64,000 nucleotides of DNA from an uncultured Pelagibacteraceae bacterium (GCA_902569615.1 CACFUX010000002.1:739-64738), one strand, 5' to 3'. Numbered from the stretch's first letter, positions 51,512-62,076 are shown. Numbers and translations are program-made. Notes: a model not told the origin generated them from the sequence alone.

Positions 51512-52803
51512 TATTTAAAAACTCTTTTAAAAATTAAATTTATATTTTTAAAATGGGAAGAGTAATTAAATATTGAATTTAATTTTGATTTACTAATTTT
51601 ACCCATTATAAATTTATCTTTTGAGATTAAATCAAATAAATTGACATCTTCAGAAAAGCATTTCTTTGAATAGTTTTGAACAATTTTATAAGATTTTTCT
51701 CTACTTAATCCACTTTTTGTAAGTTCTAGCATTACTTCTTGAGAAGAAATTAAACCCTTAGTTAAATTAATATTTTGAATCATTTTTTTTGGATAAATTA
51801 TCATTTTATCTAAAATATTTGCCAATCTATTTAAAGCAAAATCTAAAGTAATATTTGCATCTGGGCCTATATTTCTCTCAACACTAGAATGCGAAATGTC
51901 TCTCTCGTGCCAAAGAGCAATATTTTCTAATGATGGTGTCACATAACTTCTAACCATTCTTGATAGTCCAGTTAGATTTTCACTTAAAATTGGATTTTTT
52001 TTATGAGGCATTGCAGATGATCCTTTTTGGTCTTTTGAAAAATACTCTTGAAGTTCATAAACTTCTGTTCTTTGAAGATGTCTAATTTCAGTAGCTACTC
52101 TTTCTACAGATCCAGCAATTATTCCTAAAATAGAAAAGTAAAACGCATGCCTGTCTCTTGGTATAACTTGTGTAGATATTGGCTCAACTTTTAAGCCGAG
52201 CTTCTTTGCAACATGTCTTTCTACATTTGGATTTATATTTGCAAAGGTTCCAACAGCTCCAGAAATAGCACAACTAGAAACTTCGTCTATTGCTGCTATC
52301 AATCTTTTTTTATTTCTTTTAAATTCTTCATAAAACGATGCAAGTTTTAACCCAAAAGTAATCGGCTCGGCATGAATTCCATGACTTCTACCAATGCAAG
52401 GAGTAAACTTATATTTCTTAGCTTGTTTTTTTAATACTTTTAAAATTTGATCAATATCTTTTAATAAAATTTTTCCTGATTGAACTAGCTGAATATTAAA
52501 ACTTGTATCCAATACATCTGACGAGGTCATACCTTGATGTAGGTATCTAGCTTTTATCCCTGCTTTTTCTGTAATTGATGTAAGAAAAGCTATTACATCA
52601 TGTTTTACTTTTGCTTCTATACTATGAATTCTATCTACATTTATTTTAGCTTTTTTTCTAACTGTTGAAGAAACACCTTTTGGAATTTGCCCAGCTTTTT
52701 CCATTGCTTGAGCAGCAGCTATTTCTACTTCAAACCAGATTTTGTATTTATTTTCCTCTGACCAAATATCAGTAAGTTCTTTTCTTGAATATCTTTTAAT
52801 CAT
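51511..52803 (-). CDS. purB: Adenylosuccinate lyase
   Basis: HDVIAF, GRSHGIHAEP and GSSAMPHKKNP motifs. Confidence 0.96.
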   Translation of the reverse strand: MIKRYSRKELTDIWSEENKYKIWFEVEIAAAQAMEKAGQIPKGVSSTVRKKAKINVDRIHSIEAKVKHDVIAFLTSITEKAGIKARYLHQGMTSSDVLDTSFNIQLVQSGKILLKDIDQILKVLKKQAKKYKFTPCIGRSHGIHAEPITFGLKLASFYEEFKRNKKRLIAAIDEVSSCAISGAVGTFANINPNVERHVAKKLGLKVEPISTQVIPRDRHAFYFSILGIIAGSVERVATEIRHLQRTEVYELQEYFSKDQKGSSAMPHKKNPILSENLTGLSRMVRSYVTPSLENIALWHERDISHSSVERNIGPDANITLDFALNRLANILDKMIIYPKKMIQNINLTKGLISSQEVMLELTKSGLSREKSYKIVQNYSKKCFSEDVNLFDLISKDKFIMGKISKSKLNSIFNYSSHFKNINLIFKRVFK

Positions 52804-52806
52804 TAA

Positions 52807-53577
52807 TTATTTGTATGGGGGCTTAGAATAACCTTTAGCAGATTCTGTGAAGATTTCATATCCATTTTCAGTAATTCCTAAAGTATGTTCAAATTGTGCA
52901 GATAACGATTTATCCTTAGTTACTGCGGTCCATCCATCATTTAATACTTTTACTTCAAATTTTCCAAAATTAATCATAGGCTCAATTGTAAAAGTCATCC
53001 CTGGATAAACTTTAAATCCAGTATTTTTTTTCCCATAATGCAAAATATTCGGTGGCTCATGAAACGTTGTGCTTATACCGTGGCCACAAAAATCTCTAAC
53101 AACGCTAAAACCTTTTTCATCAATATATGATTCTATTTCATAACCTATATCACCCAAGGTTAATCCTGGCTTCAATACTCTGATTGCCCTCATCATCGCT
53201 TCGTATGTAGCATCGATTAAATTTTTTGATTTAATTGACACCTCACCAACTGTAAACATTCTACTTGTATCACCATAATGTCCATCTAAAATTGCTGTTA
53301 CATCTATATTTAAAGCATCACCTTCATCTAAAAATCTATCAGAAGGAACACCATGACAAACAACATGATTTAAGGAAGTACATAAAGATTTTTTAAAACC
53401 TCTATAAAATTGTGGAGCAGAATATCCACCATGATCTCTTATAAATTCATATCCAAGTTTGTCTAGTTTGTCCGTTGATACCCCTGGCTCGATATGGTCA
53501 GTTAACATATCTAGAGTTTTAGCAGCTAACTTTCCTGCTTTTCTCATTTTTTCAAATTTTTCAATATAATCACTCAT
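52807..53577 (-). CDS. map: Methionine aminopeptidase type I
   Basis: VVCHGVP, GDTSRMF, CGHGI, FTIEPMIN and SAQFEHT motifs. Confidence 0.96.
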   Translation of the reverse strand: MSDYIEKFEKMRKAGKLAAKTLDMLTDHIEPGVSTDKLDKLGYEFIRDHGGYSAPQFYRGFKKSLCTSLNHVVCHGVPSDRFLDEGDALNIDVTAILDGHYGDTSRMFTVGEVSIKSKNLIDATYEAMMRAIRVLKPGLTLGDIGYEIESYIDEKGFSVVRDFCGHGISTTFHEPPNILHYGKKNTGFKVYPGMTFTIEPMINFGKFEVKVLNDGWTAVTKDKSLSAQFEHTLGITENGYEIFTESAKGYSKPPYK

Positions 53578-54268
53578 GAATAACTTTTATCTTTTTATCT
53601 ATTTTAATTTTCTTTGAATCGATTTTACACTTGTATGCAACGAACTGAACTCCAGCTTTTTTTGCAATTAAATAATTATCATAATAATCTTTATCAATAT
53701 CTTTTGCTATTTTAAAATATTTTATATTTTCAATTTGTACCAAAAATAAAACATAGGTTTTAAAGCCTTTTTTTACAGCATCTATTAATGTTTTTAAATG
53801 TTTAGTTCCTCTTGATGTAGGAGAATCTGGAAATTCAGAGCAATCATTATTTCTAAATAAAGTAACATTTTTTACCTCTATAAATATTTTTTGATTATTT
53901 TTACTCACTAAAAAATCAAATCGAGTTTCTTTATTAAAAAATACTTCAGATTTAATATTGTCCAGGTTATTAAACTCATCAAAAGAATTATTTTCAAGAC
54001 CTTCAGCCACTATTTTATTAGCTAGATGAGTGTTTACTCCAACAAGTCTATTTTTTGTCTTTATTATTTCTAAAGTGAATTTAAGCTTTCTTTTAGGGTC
54101 GTTATTTTTTGAGATCCATACATCATTTTTTTCATCTAATAAGCCCATCATTGATCCTGTATTAGGACAATGTGCAGTTACAATTTCTTTATTTACTTTA
54201 ATATCAGCAAAAAATCTTTTATATCTTTTAACAAGTTTGCCTTTAACTAAAGACTTGGTAAATTCCAT
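53570..54268 (-). CDS. sfsA: DNA/RNA nuclease SfsA
   Basis: RYKRFFAD, AHCPNTGSM, IEVKNVT and RGTKHL motifs. Start moved to ATG at 54268 (MEFTK). Confidence 0.92.
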   Translation of the reverse strand: MEFTKSLVKGKLVKRYKRFFADIKVNKEIVTAHCPNTGSMMGLLDEKNDVWISKNNDPKRKLKFTLEIIKTKNRLVGVNTHLANKIVAEGLENNSFDEFNNLDNIKSEVFFNKETRFDFLVSKNNQKIFIEVKNVTLFRNNDCSEFPDSPTSRGTKHLKTLIDAVKKGFKTYVLFLVQIENIKYFKIAKDIDKDYYDNYLIAKKAGVQFVAYKCKIDSKKIKIDKKIKVIHE

Positions 54269-54290
54269 ATTCAAAATATATATATAAGAA

Positions 54291-55043
54291 ATGTCAAAAA
54301 AAACAAAAGTAAATGCTTCAATACTGATTATAGGTAATGAAATTTTATCTGGAAGAACACAAGATACAAATACAAATACCTTAGCTTTATGGTTGAACAA
54401 AATTGGAGTTAAAGTTGAAGAAGTTAAAATCATCCCTGATGTAGAAGAAAAAATTGTAAATTCAGTAAATACAATGAGAAAATTATATAATTATGTTTTT
54501 ACCACAGGCGGGATAGGACCTACACATGATGATATAACTGCACAATCAATAGCTAAAGCATTTAATCTAGATTATGAAATTCATAAAGAAGGTTATAAAA
54601 TTTTAGAAAAATATTACAAACCTGGAGAATTTAATGAAGGCAGACAAAAAATGATTTGGATGCCAAAAGATGCAAAATTAATTTTAAATCCAACTAGCGG
54701 AGCCCCAGGATTTAGCGTTGAAAATGTCTTTTGTTTACCTGGAGTTCCCTCAATTTTAAAATCTATGATTGGAGGCTTAACAAATAAAATAGTAGGAGGT
54801 GATCCAATATTAAGTAAAACAGTAAGTTTGAAAACTGTTGAAAGCGAAATAGCTAATTCATTAACAAATGTTCAGAAAAATAATACAGATGTAGAAATTG
54901 GAAGTTACCCTTTTTTTCACGCTGGAAAATTAGGTGTATCAATTGTTATTAGATCTGAAAATGAAAAAAAAATTAATATTTGTCATGATCAAATATTAGA
55001 ATTTGTTAAAGAAAAAAAAATTGAAATAGTAAATAGAGATTAA
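54291..55043 (+). CDS. CinA N-terminal-like (molybdopterin-binding domain) protein
   Basis: IIGNEILSGRTQDTN, GGIGPTHDDIT and LPGVP motifs. Confidence 0.88.
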   Translation: MSKKTKVNASILIIGNEILSGRTQDTNTNTLALWLNKIGVKVEEVKIIPDVEEKIVNSVNTMRKLYNYVFTTGGIGPTHDDITAQSIAKAFNLDYEIHKEGYKILEKYYKPGEFNEGRQKMIWMPKDAKLILNPTSGAPGFSVENVFCLPGVPSILKSMIGGLTNKIVGGDPILSKTVSLKTVESEIANSLTNVQKNNTDVEIGSYPFFHAGKLGVSIVIRSENEKKINICHDQILEFVKEKKIEIVNRD

Positions 55044-55044
55044 A

Positions 55045-55449
55045 ATGCTTTATTTTGCATATGGAAGCAACTTGAATCATTTTCAAATGAAAAGAAGATG
55101 CAAAGATAGCAAGTTTCTAAAAAAGATAAATTTAAAAAATTTTAAACTTACTTTTAGAAGTAAATATCGTGCAGCAGATATTGAACATAGTAAAAATTCT
55201 ATTGTGCCTGGTGGGCTATTTGAAATTTCTAAAAGTGATGAAAAGAAACTTGATATTTATGAAGACTATCCAATTTTATATAAAAAATTTTATTTTAAAT
55301 ATTACAAAAAAAATGTAATGACTTACACAATGGTTAAAAAAACTCCATTTACTTTTCCCACAGAAAGATATTTGAATGTTGTCAAAAGAGGATATAATGA
55401 CTGCCAGTTAGATAAAGGATATTTAACTAAAGCTCTTAATTTAAAGTAA
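55045..55449 (+). CDS. Gamma-glutamylcyclotransferase family protein
   Basis: LYFAYGSNL and LDIYE motifs. Confidence 0.85.
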   Translation: MLYFAYGSNLNHFQMKRRCKDSKFLKKINLKNFKLTFRSKYRAADIEHSKNSIVPGGLFEISKSDEKKLDIYEDYPILYKKFYFKYYKKNVMTYTMVKKTPFTFPTERYLNVVKRGYNDCQLDKGYLTKALNLK

Positions 55450-55451
55450 AT

Positions 55452-56357
55452 TTATTTTTTCAAAAAAGTTTTATTTTTTCTTTTTATAAGCAAAAAGTTG
55501 CCTAATACATCATACTTTTTTTCTAGTTTATCTATTTTATTATGAAGATCTAATAAGGATATTTCATTTAAATCTATATCTAAAATAGCTAAATCATTTT
55601 TTTTTAAAAAATTATTGAATTCATCAAAATTATATATTTTACTATTTATTCCCATTTTTGAAAATTCGAAAAGAATTAAGACAAAAAATTTATTTATAAT
55701 ATCATCACACCCATATATTGCGTTAAAATCATAACCTTCCAAATCTATTTTTATAAACAATTTTTTATCATCTGAAATTTTTAAATTATTTATAAATTTA
55801 TTTAGAGTAAGTGCTTCAATAAAAGATGTTTTTGATTTAATCTGATTATCATCAACTATAAATCCGCCTTTTGTGGAGTTACTATCTAGATTATCATCTT
55901 TAAAGTTAAATGTTCCTTCTTTTTCTGCAATTGCAAAATTTAGTGTTTCAATATTATTAAAGTTATTCAGTTTTATATTTTCTTTGAGCATAAGCATTTC
56001 TTGAGACGATGGTTCAAAAGCATAAATTTTTGTTTCTAAATTATGTCCTGCTATAGGTATAGAATAAAATCCTTGATTTGCACCACAGTCTATAAAAATT
56101 GAGTTATTATCAATATTTTTATTAAGAAAATCTATCTCTCCTTGATCATGTAAATTTATTTTTGTTAATAACGATCGACTATAATTTTTTTTTTGAGGAT
56201 AAGCGTTAAATTTAAATTTCTTAAAATTTAGAACAAAAGGTCCATTTAAAAAAAATTTTATAAGAGAAAAAACCAAATAAAATGATTTTTTTTTTAGTTT
56301 TGTATCCAGTTTATAATGAGGGTAAAAATTACAAAGTTTTTGAAAAAATTTATCCAT
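55452..56357 (-). CDS. FkbM family methyltransferase
   Basis: FIDCGANQGFYS, AFEP and IKIDLEGYD motifs. Confidence 0.85.
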   Translation of the reverse strand: MDKFFQKLCNFYPHYKLDTKLKKKSFYLVFSLIKFFLNGPFVLNFKKFKFNAYPQKKNYSRSLLTKINLHDQGEIDFLNKNIDNNSIFIDCGANQGFYSIPIAGHNLETKIYAFEPSSQEMLMLKENIKLNNFNNIETLNFAIAEKEGTFNFKDDNLDSNSTKGGFIVDDNQIKSKTSFIEALTLNKFINNLKISDDKKLFIKIDLEGYDFNAIYGCDDIINKFFVLILFEFSKMGINSKIYNFDEFNNFLKKNDLAILDIDLNEISLLDLHNKIDKLEKKYDVLGNFLLIKRKNKTFLKK

Positions 56358-56484
56358 TTAATATTTTATTACTTTTATTAATTAAAAATCTATAAAGATA
56401 AAACTAAACTTAAATTAAATAATAAAATAAGGTATAATAATTTGTTTAAATTAGTATTCAAATGTTAAATCAAGAGATATTATA

Positions 56485-59400
56485 GTGTTAATGAAAAGAT
56501 TAATAATAAATCTGTTTGTATTTGTTGGGTTGATGTTCTTATTTAACATAAATACTAGCGCTTATTCTGAAACGTTAAAATCAGGTATTGAGATTGATAA
56601 AAGTAAAAAAGTTATTTTCATTGAATGTGCTGATGATGATGATTCACAGAATATCGAAAAAGGAATGAACTTTTCTGATGCAAATTTTTTTCAAAGATCA
56701 AATAAAATTAATGATTTGAGAGGAGACGGGATTGTTTATTATAAATTTGCTAATTTATCTGTATTTGGTACAAAACATTATATAGGATCTGATAATCGTT
56801 ATTTTAGATTAAACAAAGATTATAAAGTTATTTCTCAAGGTATCATTAAATGTACAAATAAAAAGAATGTATTTGAACTTTCCGAGGGTAATAGAAAATT
56901 TTTATGGAAAGTTTCTACATCCAGTCAAATATTAGATATAAAATCTAAAGTTTATGATTACAAAGGATACAGAAGATATCAGTTTGTAAAAGCATCAAGC
57001 GATGATGAAAATAAGATATTTGTATCAATGAAGAAATACGAAGATAATCAGTATGCAAAAGTTGATACAAATGAAGGCAGTTCTTTAAAATCTGGTTTTG
57101 AAATTAATAAAAAAGAGAAAGTAAAATATGTAAAGGGCAATAATACTGCTTATTGGGATTTTATGCAATTAAAGATGAATGACTTGAGAGGAGATGGAGT
57201 TGTTTATTATTTATTTGATGTTGATAAATATTATAGAGTAAACAAAAACTACAAAGTTGTTTCTAAAGGTAGTTATAAAGTTATAAGAGATAATAAAACA
57301 GATGTATATCAGTTAACTAGTGAAGATAATCAAAAATTTTTATTTAAAATTTCTTTATCAAGCCAGATAACAGATATTAAATCTAAATTTTATGATTATA
57401 GCGGATACAGAAGATATGAATTTGTATTAGCTGAAACTGATGAGCAAGAACAAATAAGATCTGCAATTAAAAATTTTGAAGAAAACAAATATGTGAAGGT
57501 TGAATCTAATCAAGATGATTTGTTAAAATCAGGAATTGAGATTAATAAAGATGAAAAAGTAAAATACTCAGAGTTTGGGGGACAACAAGGATATGATTTA
57601 GGATATTTTTATTTAAGGGCGCATAAAATTAATGATTTAAGAGGTAATGGAGTTGTTTATTACAAGTTTGAGGAAACGACAGGTAATGCAGGTAAGTATT
57701 ATAGACTAAATAAAGATCACAAAGTCATTTCAAGAGGATTTTTTGAATATAAAAAAAATAAGAAAGCATTTGAATTAACAGAAGATAATCAGAAATTTTT
57801 ATGGAAAGTTTCTATGTCCAGTGAAATAGTAGATATAAAATCTAAAGTCTATGATTATAAAGGGTATAAGAGATATCAGTTTGTAGAAGCATCAGCAAAT
57901 ACACAAAATAAAATATATTCATCAATAAAGGATTTCGAAGATGGTAAGTATATGAAGGTTGAGGAAAAACAGAATGATACGATTACAGTTTCTTTAAAAT
58001 CTGCATTGGATATTGATAAAAAAGAAAAAAGACCTAAGGAAGATTACATATATAGCGGAACGTTTTTTTGGAACTATTCATTTTTAATTGACGATCTAAG
58101 AGGCAATGGACCTGTATACTACGTATTTAACATTGATGAATACCATCGATTTGATAAAAATTTTAATTTACTTTCAAGAGGAACTTTTAAAGAAGATAAA
58201 AGAGTTTTCGAATTAAAAGAAGATGATCTTAAATTTCAATGGAAAATTTCATTAGTAGATAAATTTGTAGATATAAAATCAAAATTTTATGATTATAAAG
58301 ATTTTAAAAGATATCATATTAAAGAAACTACAAAGAAACAAAAGAAGCAGGTAGCTCAGTCATTAAAAAATTCTAAACAAAATAAATACGCAAAATATGA
58401 CGAAAGTGATGATAATCTTAATAGGCTATGGAAATTAATATTAAAAGATAAAGATATTGAAAAAAAATATCTGAAATATTCCAAAAAAAAAGCTAAGTTT
58501 AAGGGCAAGCCAATTAAAGGCATGGGTCTTGCTGTTTTTATAGATTATAAAAAAGAATTATCAATTTTAACTAAGGATATTTATACAAAAGAAATCTCTT
58601 CACCAATTGCTTGGGGATGGGAGTATTCACATGAAGACCCAGCAAAAATAAAAGGTTTTAATACAGACAAAACAGTTTTTGTTGGATTTGAAGCTATTAG
58701 AAATTGTTACAAAAATGTGAGGAAGAAAAAATTAAGTTTAAGAGATGGTGAGTGTTTACTAGTTGATGTAAGAAGAATTACGGGTGGAGGTCAATATCCT
58801 GTAATTTGGTATAATTATTTAATTGAAGCCAAGAAAAATAGAATATTGCTGGCAAAAGAGTCAGAAAAATCCAAACAACAAATAGCTGATGAAAAAAAGA
58901 GAAAAAAAGAGGATGAAAAAAAGAAACAAGAATTACTCTTAGCACAAAAAAAAGCTGAAGAAGATAGAAAAAAACAAGAATTACTTTTAGCTCAACAAAA
59001 GAAAGAAGAGGAAAAAAGAAAAAAAGAACTTTTGTTAGCTCAAAAAGAAGAGGATGAAAAAAAGAAACAAGAATTACTATTAGCTCAAAAAAAGGCTGAA
59101 GAAGAAAGAAAAAAACAAGAATTACTTTTAGCTCAGAAAAAAGCTGAAGAAGAGAAAAAGAAACAAGAATTACTCTTGGCTGAAGAAAAAGCTAAAGAGG
59201 AGAAAAAGAAAGAAGAATTAATAGCTCAATTAAAAGAACAAGAAAAGAAAAAGCTTAGTGAATTAGAACTTGCAAAAAAAGAAGCTGAAAAAGAGTTTGA
59301 GAAAAAGAAAAAAGAATTAAATGTGGATAAAGATTCTCCTGAAATTATTGTAGCTGAAGCAATAACAGTAACAAGCCAAGCTTATAAATTAAAAGGAACA

Positions 59401-60399
59401 GTTAAAGATAAAAGTGACTTTTTTTTAGAAGTTGATGGTCAACCAATTAAAGTAAATAAAGAGGGAGAGTTTTTATTTGAAGGATTTATAATTAACACAA
59501 ATGAGGTTGAGGAATTAACTATAGTTGCTGTAGATAGATGGAATAATAGCACTGAAAAAAGTGTAAAAATAAATGTTGAATTAAAAGAAATGAAAGTTGC
59601 TAAAGGTTATGAAAAATTACTTCCTAATAAAATAAGCGTTAAAAAAGATAAAAATAAAATTGCAATTATAATTGGTGTTGAAAAATATGAATATCTTACA
59701 AATTTAGATGCTGCATTTGCAAATAGAGATGCTAATGCCTTTAGAGAATATGCTGTAAGAGCTCTTGGAGTAGATCCTTCAAATATAAATTTATTAGTTG
59801 ATAAAGATGCTAGTAGACCAAAAATATTAAAAGCATTAAAACTTTGGCTTCCTAAAATAGGTGGTGAAAATATGGATATATACTTATTCTTTGCTGGTCA
59901 TGGTCTAGCATCAGATGATGGAAAAAATTTATATATTTTACCTCAAGACGGTGATGCAAGTTTATTAGAAGACACGGCCATTACAAGAAACGAAATAATT
60001 AAAATATTACAAAAAACAAATCCAAAATCTGTAACAATGTTTTTTGATACTTGTTATAGTGGACAAACTAGAAATGAGGAAACTTTAGTTGCAAGTTTAA
60101 GACCCGTAAGAATAGTTGCTGATGATCAAGAAATTCCAAATAATTTTACTATTTTTACAGCCTCAGCAAATGACCAAACATCAGGAAGTATAGAAGAAGC
60201 AAAACATGGAATGTTTTCTTATTACTTAATGAAAGGAATGGAAGGGGCAGCAGATGAAAATAAAGATAATAAAATTAGTAATGGTGAACTAATTGCTTAT
60301 ATTCAAAATAATGTTAGTAAAGTTGCTTTCTCACAAAATAGAGAACAAGATCCAAGTATGTCAGGTGATAAGGATAAAATTTTATTTACTTATAAATAA
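56485..60399 (+). CDS. Large exported caspase-family (peptidase C14) protein with N-terminal repeats, coiled coil and Ig-like domain
   Basis: Signal peptide, four ~140-170 aa repeats, EK-rich linker, beta-sandwich-like segment. C14 motifs IAIIIGVEKY, FFAGHG, FFDTCYSG, HGMFSYYL and QDP. Confidence 0.85.
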   Translation: MLMKRLIINLFVFVGLMFLFNINTSAYSETLKSGIEIDKSKKVIFIECADDDDSQNIEKGMNFSDANFFQRSNKINDLRGDGIVYYKFANLSVFGTKHYIGSDNRYFRLNKDYKVISQGIIKCTNKKNVFELSEGNRKFLWKVSTSSQILDIKSKVYDYKGYRRYQFVKASSDDENKIFVSMKKYEDNQYAKVDTNEGSSLKSGFEINKKEKVKYVKGNNTAYWDFMQLKMNDLRGDGVVYYLFDVDKYYRVNKNYKVVSKGSYKVIRDNKTDVYQLTSEDNQKFLFKISLSSQITDIKSKFYDYSGYRRYEFVLAETDEQEQIRSAIKNFEENKYVKVESNQDDLLKSGIEINKDEKVKYSEFGGQQGYDLGYFYLRAHKINDLRGNGVVYYKFEETTGNAGKYYRLNKDHKVISRGFFEYKKNKKAFELTEDNQKFLWKVSMSSEIVDIKSKVYDYKGYKRYQFVEASANTQNKIYSSIKDFEDGKYMKVEEKQNDTITVSLKSALDIDKKEKRPKEDYIYSGTFFWNYSFLIDDLRGNGPVYYVFNIDEYHRFDKNFNLLSRGTFKEDKRVFELKEDDLKFQWKISLVDKFVDIKSKFYDYKDFKRYHIKETTKKQKKQVAQSLKNSKQNKYAKYDESDDNLNRLWKLILKDKDIEKKYLKYSKKKAKFKGKPIKGMGLAVFIDYKKELSILTKDIYTKEISSPIAWGWEYSHEDPAKIKGFNTDKTVFVGFEAIRNCYKNVRKKKLSLRDGECLLVDVRRITGGGQYPVIWYNYLIEAKKNRILLAKESEKSKQQIADEKKRKKEDEKKKQELLLAQKKAEEDRKKQELLLAQQKKEEEKRKKELLLAQKEEDEKKKQELLLAQKKAEEERKKQELLLAQKKAEEEKKKQELLLAEEKAKEEKKKEELIAQLKEQEKKKLSELELAKKEAEKEFEKKKKELNVDKDSPEIIVAEAITVTSQAYKLKGTVKDKSDFFLEVDGQPIKVNKEGEFLFEGFIINTNEVEELTIVAVDRWNNSTEKSVKINVELKEMKVAKGYEKLLPNKISVKKDKNKIAIIIGVEKYEYLTNLDAAFANRDANAFREYAVRALGVDPSNINLLVDKDASRPKILKALKLWLPKIGGENMDIYLFFAGHGLASDDGKNLYILPQDGDASLLEDTAITRNEIIKILQKTNPKSVTMFFDTCYSGQTRNEETLVASLRPVRIVADDQEIPNNFTIFTASANDQTSGSIEEAKHGMFSYYLMKGMEGAADENKDNKISNGELIAYIQNNVSKVAFSQNREQDPSMSGDKDKILFTYK
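56575..58410 (+). repeat. Four tandem intragenic domain repeats
   Basis: Units start at 56575, 57085, 57523 and 57994 with LKS, and share DLRG[DN]G.VYY, F.WK[VI]S and DIKSK.YDY...RY. Confidence 0.9.
58910..59230 (+). repeat. Tandem ~15-16 aa coiled-coil repeats
   Basis: About six copies of KKKQELLLAQKKAEEE, also visible at DNA level (aaacaagaattact...). Confidence 0.85.
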
Positions 60400-60405
60400 A
60401 TATTT

Positions 60406-62076
60406 TTAAGCTCCAGTAAATTCAACCACGTAAGCTTCTAATTCTTTATAAGTTTCTGTATCTTTAATATCTTGCAGATGTTTTTGCATAGCTTGATTAT
60501 TCTCTAATCTATTAATGAATGCTTTATATAAATTTGCAACAGGATATTCTAGTAAAACGAAACTTCTATACTTACCATTATCCATTTTAAACATTTTATT
60601 TTTAGCTATTTCGTAACCAACGATTGTTACCTCTTCAACTACTATAGTTGAAACTTTTATAATTTCACTTTTTGTTGATATGTCTTCTCCAATACCAGCT
60701 TGTATAACTGTTTCATTAACTTTTGAACTTAGTCTTGTTTCAAGTTTCTTAGCAAGATCTTTCAAAGCAGCATTAGTTGCAGAGTCTATTGAACCTTGCA
60801 GTGTATCAACGACAGCTGTTCCTCTAACATAAATTACTTTTTCATTTGCTTTTGGCATCATAATGAACCAATTAGGAATAGACTCTTGAATTTCTTTTTC
60901 TTCTTGTTCTTTAATTTGTTTTATTTTCTCAACTTGATCTTTTAGAGCATTTATAAAGTCATCCTCATTATTGACCTCGTATTCAGATACTGGTGTTTCA
61001 CCAAGTGCTAATATTTGTTGTTTAACAACTTGTATTACTTTTTGCCTATCTCTCTCAAGATTTTCAGCTGTTAATTTTATTTCAGCATCTTTTTTTAGTT
61101 GTTCTAGCTGTTTTCCTAATGCTTGAATATTTTTATCGTCTGCAAATTCACTATTTTTAGTAACAGGCTCAGCTCCAAATGCAATTATTTCTTCTTCTAT
61201 GTCTTTTTTAAGAGCATTAAGTCTTTCTTCTTTTTCTTTTTCGGCTTTGAGCTTTTTTAATTCTTCAAATTTATCATTTAAAGCTTTAAGTCTACTTTTT
61301 TTTAATTCTTCATATTGATCTTGTAAAGCTGTGATTTCTTGGTCATCTGCAAATTCACTTTTCTTTGTTATAGGTTCTGCACCAAGTGCCTCTATTCTTT
61401 TTTCTATTTCATTTTTCAGAGCTTGACGTTTTTTCTCTTTTTCCTCCACACCTTTAAGCTTTTCTAGTTCTGCTAATTGATTCTTTAAAGCTTCAAGCTC
61501 TTCATCACTTTCAATTTCATTTTTTTTAGTAATAGGCTCAGCTCCAAGAGCAATTATCTTATCTTCTATTTCTTTTTTAAGTGCATTAAGCTTTTCTTTT
61601 TTTGGTTTTTCCTCTTCTTCCTTTTTTTCTTTTTTAGCTTGCTCTTTTTCAGCTTTAATTATTTTTAAATTTTCTAGTTGTTTTCTAAGTGCAATAATTT
61701 GTTCATCTCTATCTACCTCAGAAACTTTAGTAATAGGTTTTCCACCTAATTCTTCAATTTCTTTTTCAAGTTTAGATTTAACTTCATCAATAGAAGTTTG
61801 TTTTTGTAATTCGCTTAATTGTTCTTTTAATTCAATTATATATTTTTTATCTGACCCAATTAATATTTTCTTTTTAACAGGCTCAGCTCCAAGATTATAT
61901 ATTTCAATTTTCAATTCCTTTATAATTTGTTTTTCTGCAGTGTGATCTGAAGCCATCGCATTTGAAAAAATTGAAATCACACTTATAATTCCATGACTAT
62001 AAGAAGTTGTTTGAAAAGAAATGTTTATTAGAACTATGAATATGAATGATAATATAATTTTGTATAAGTTTTTCAT
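60406..62076 (-). CDS. Exported helical-repeat protein with C-terminal LPP20-like domain
   Basis: Signal-like N-terminus without lipobox Cys. Six I.ALGAEP[IV]TK repeats. C-terminal IPNWF...IYVRGTA...ATNAALKDLA...YRSFVLLEYP. Confidence 0.7.
   Translation of the reverse strand: MKNLYKIILSFIFIVLINISFQTTSYSHGIISVISIFSNAMASDHTAEKQIIKELKIEIYNLGAEPVKKKILIGSDKKYIIELKEQLSELQKQTSIDEVKSKLEKEIEELGGKPITKVSEVDRDEQIIALRKQLENLKIIKAEKEQAKKEKKEEEEKPKKEKLNALKKEIEDKIIALGAEPITKKNEIESDEELEALKNQLAELEKLKGVEEKEKKRQALKNEIEKRIEALGAEPITKKSEFADDQEITALQDQYEELKKSRLKALNDKFEELKKLKAEKEKEERLNALKKDIEEEIIAFGAEPVTKNSEFADDKNIQALGKQLEQLKKDAEIKLTAENLERDRQKVIQVVKQQILALGETPVSEYEVNNEDDFINALKDQVEKIKQIKEQEEKEIQESIPNWFIMMPKANEKVIYVRGTAVVDTLQGSIDSATNAALKDLAKKLETRLSSKVNETVIQAGIGEDISTKSEIIKVSTIVVEEVTIVGYEIAKNKMFKMDNGKYRSFVLLEYPVANLYKAFINRLENNQAMQKHLQDIKDTETYKELEAYVVEFTGA

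Noticed and set aside
40-54287. Short shadow ORFs (e.g. 40..243, 4115..4324, 15045..15254, 22898..23269, 41347..41595, 48730..48978, 54030..54287)
   Set aside because: They lie antisense or out of frame within well-supported genes and have no recognisable motifs.
54269-54433. N-terminal extension of SfsA in the ORF track
   Set aside because: It overlaps the divergent CinA-like gene; SfsA similarity starts at MEFTK (54268).
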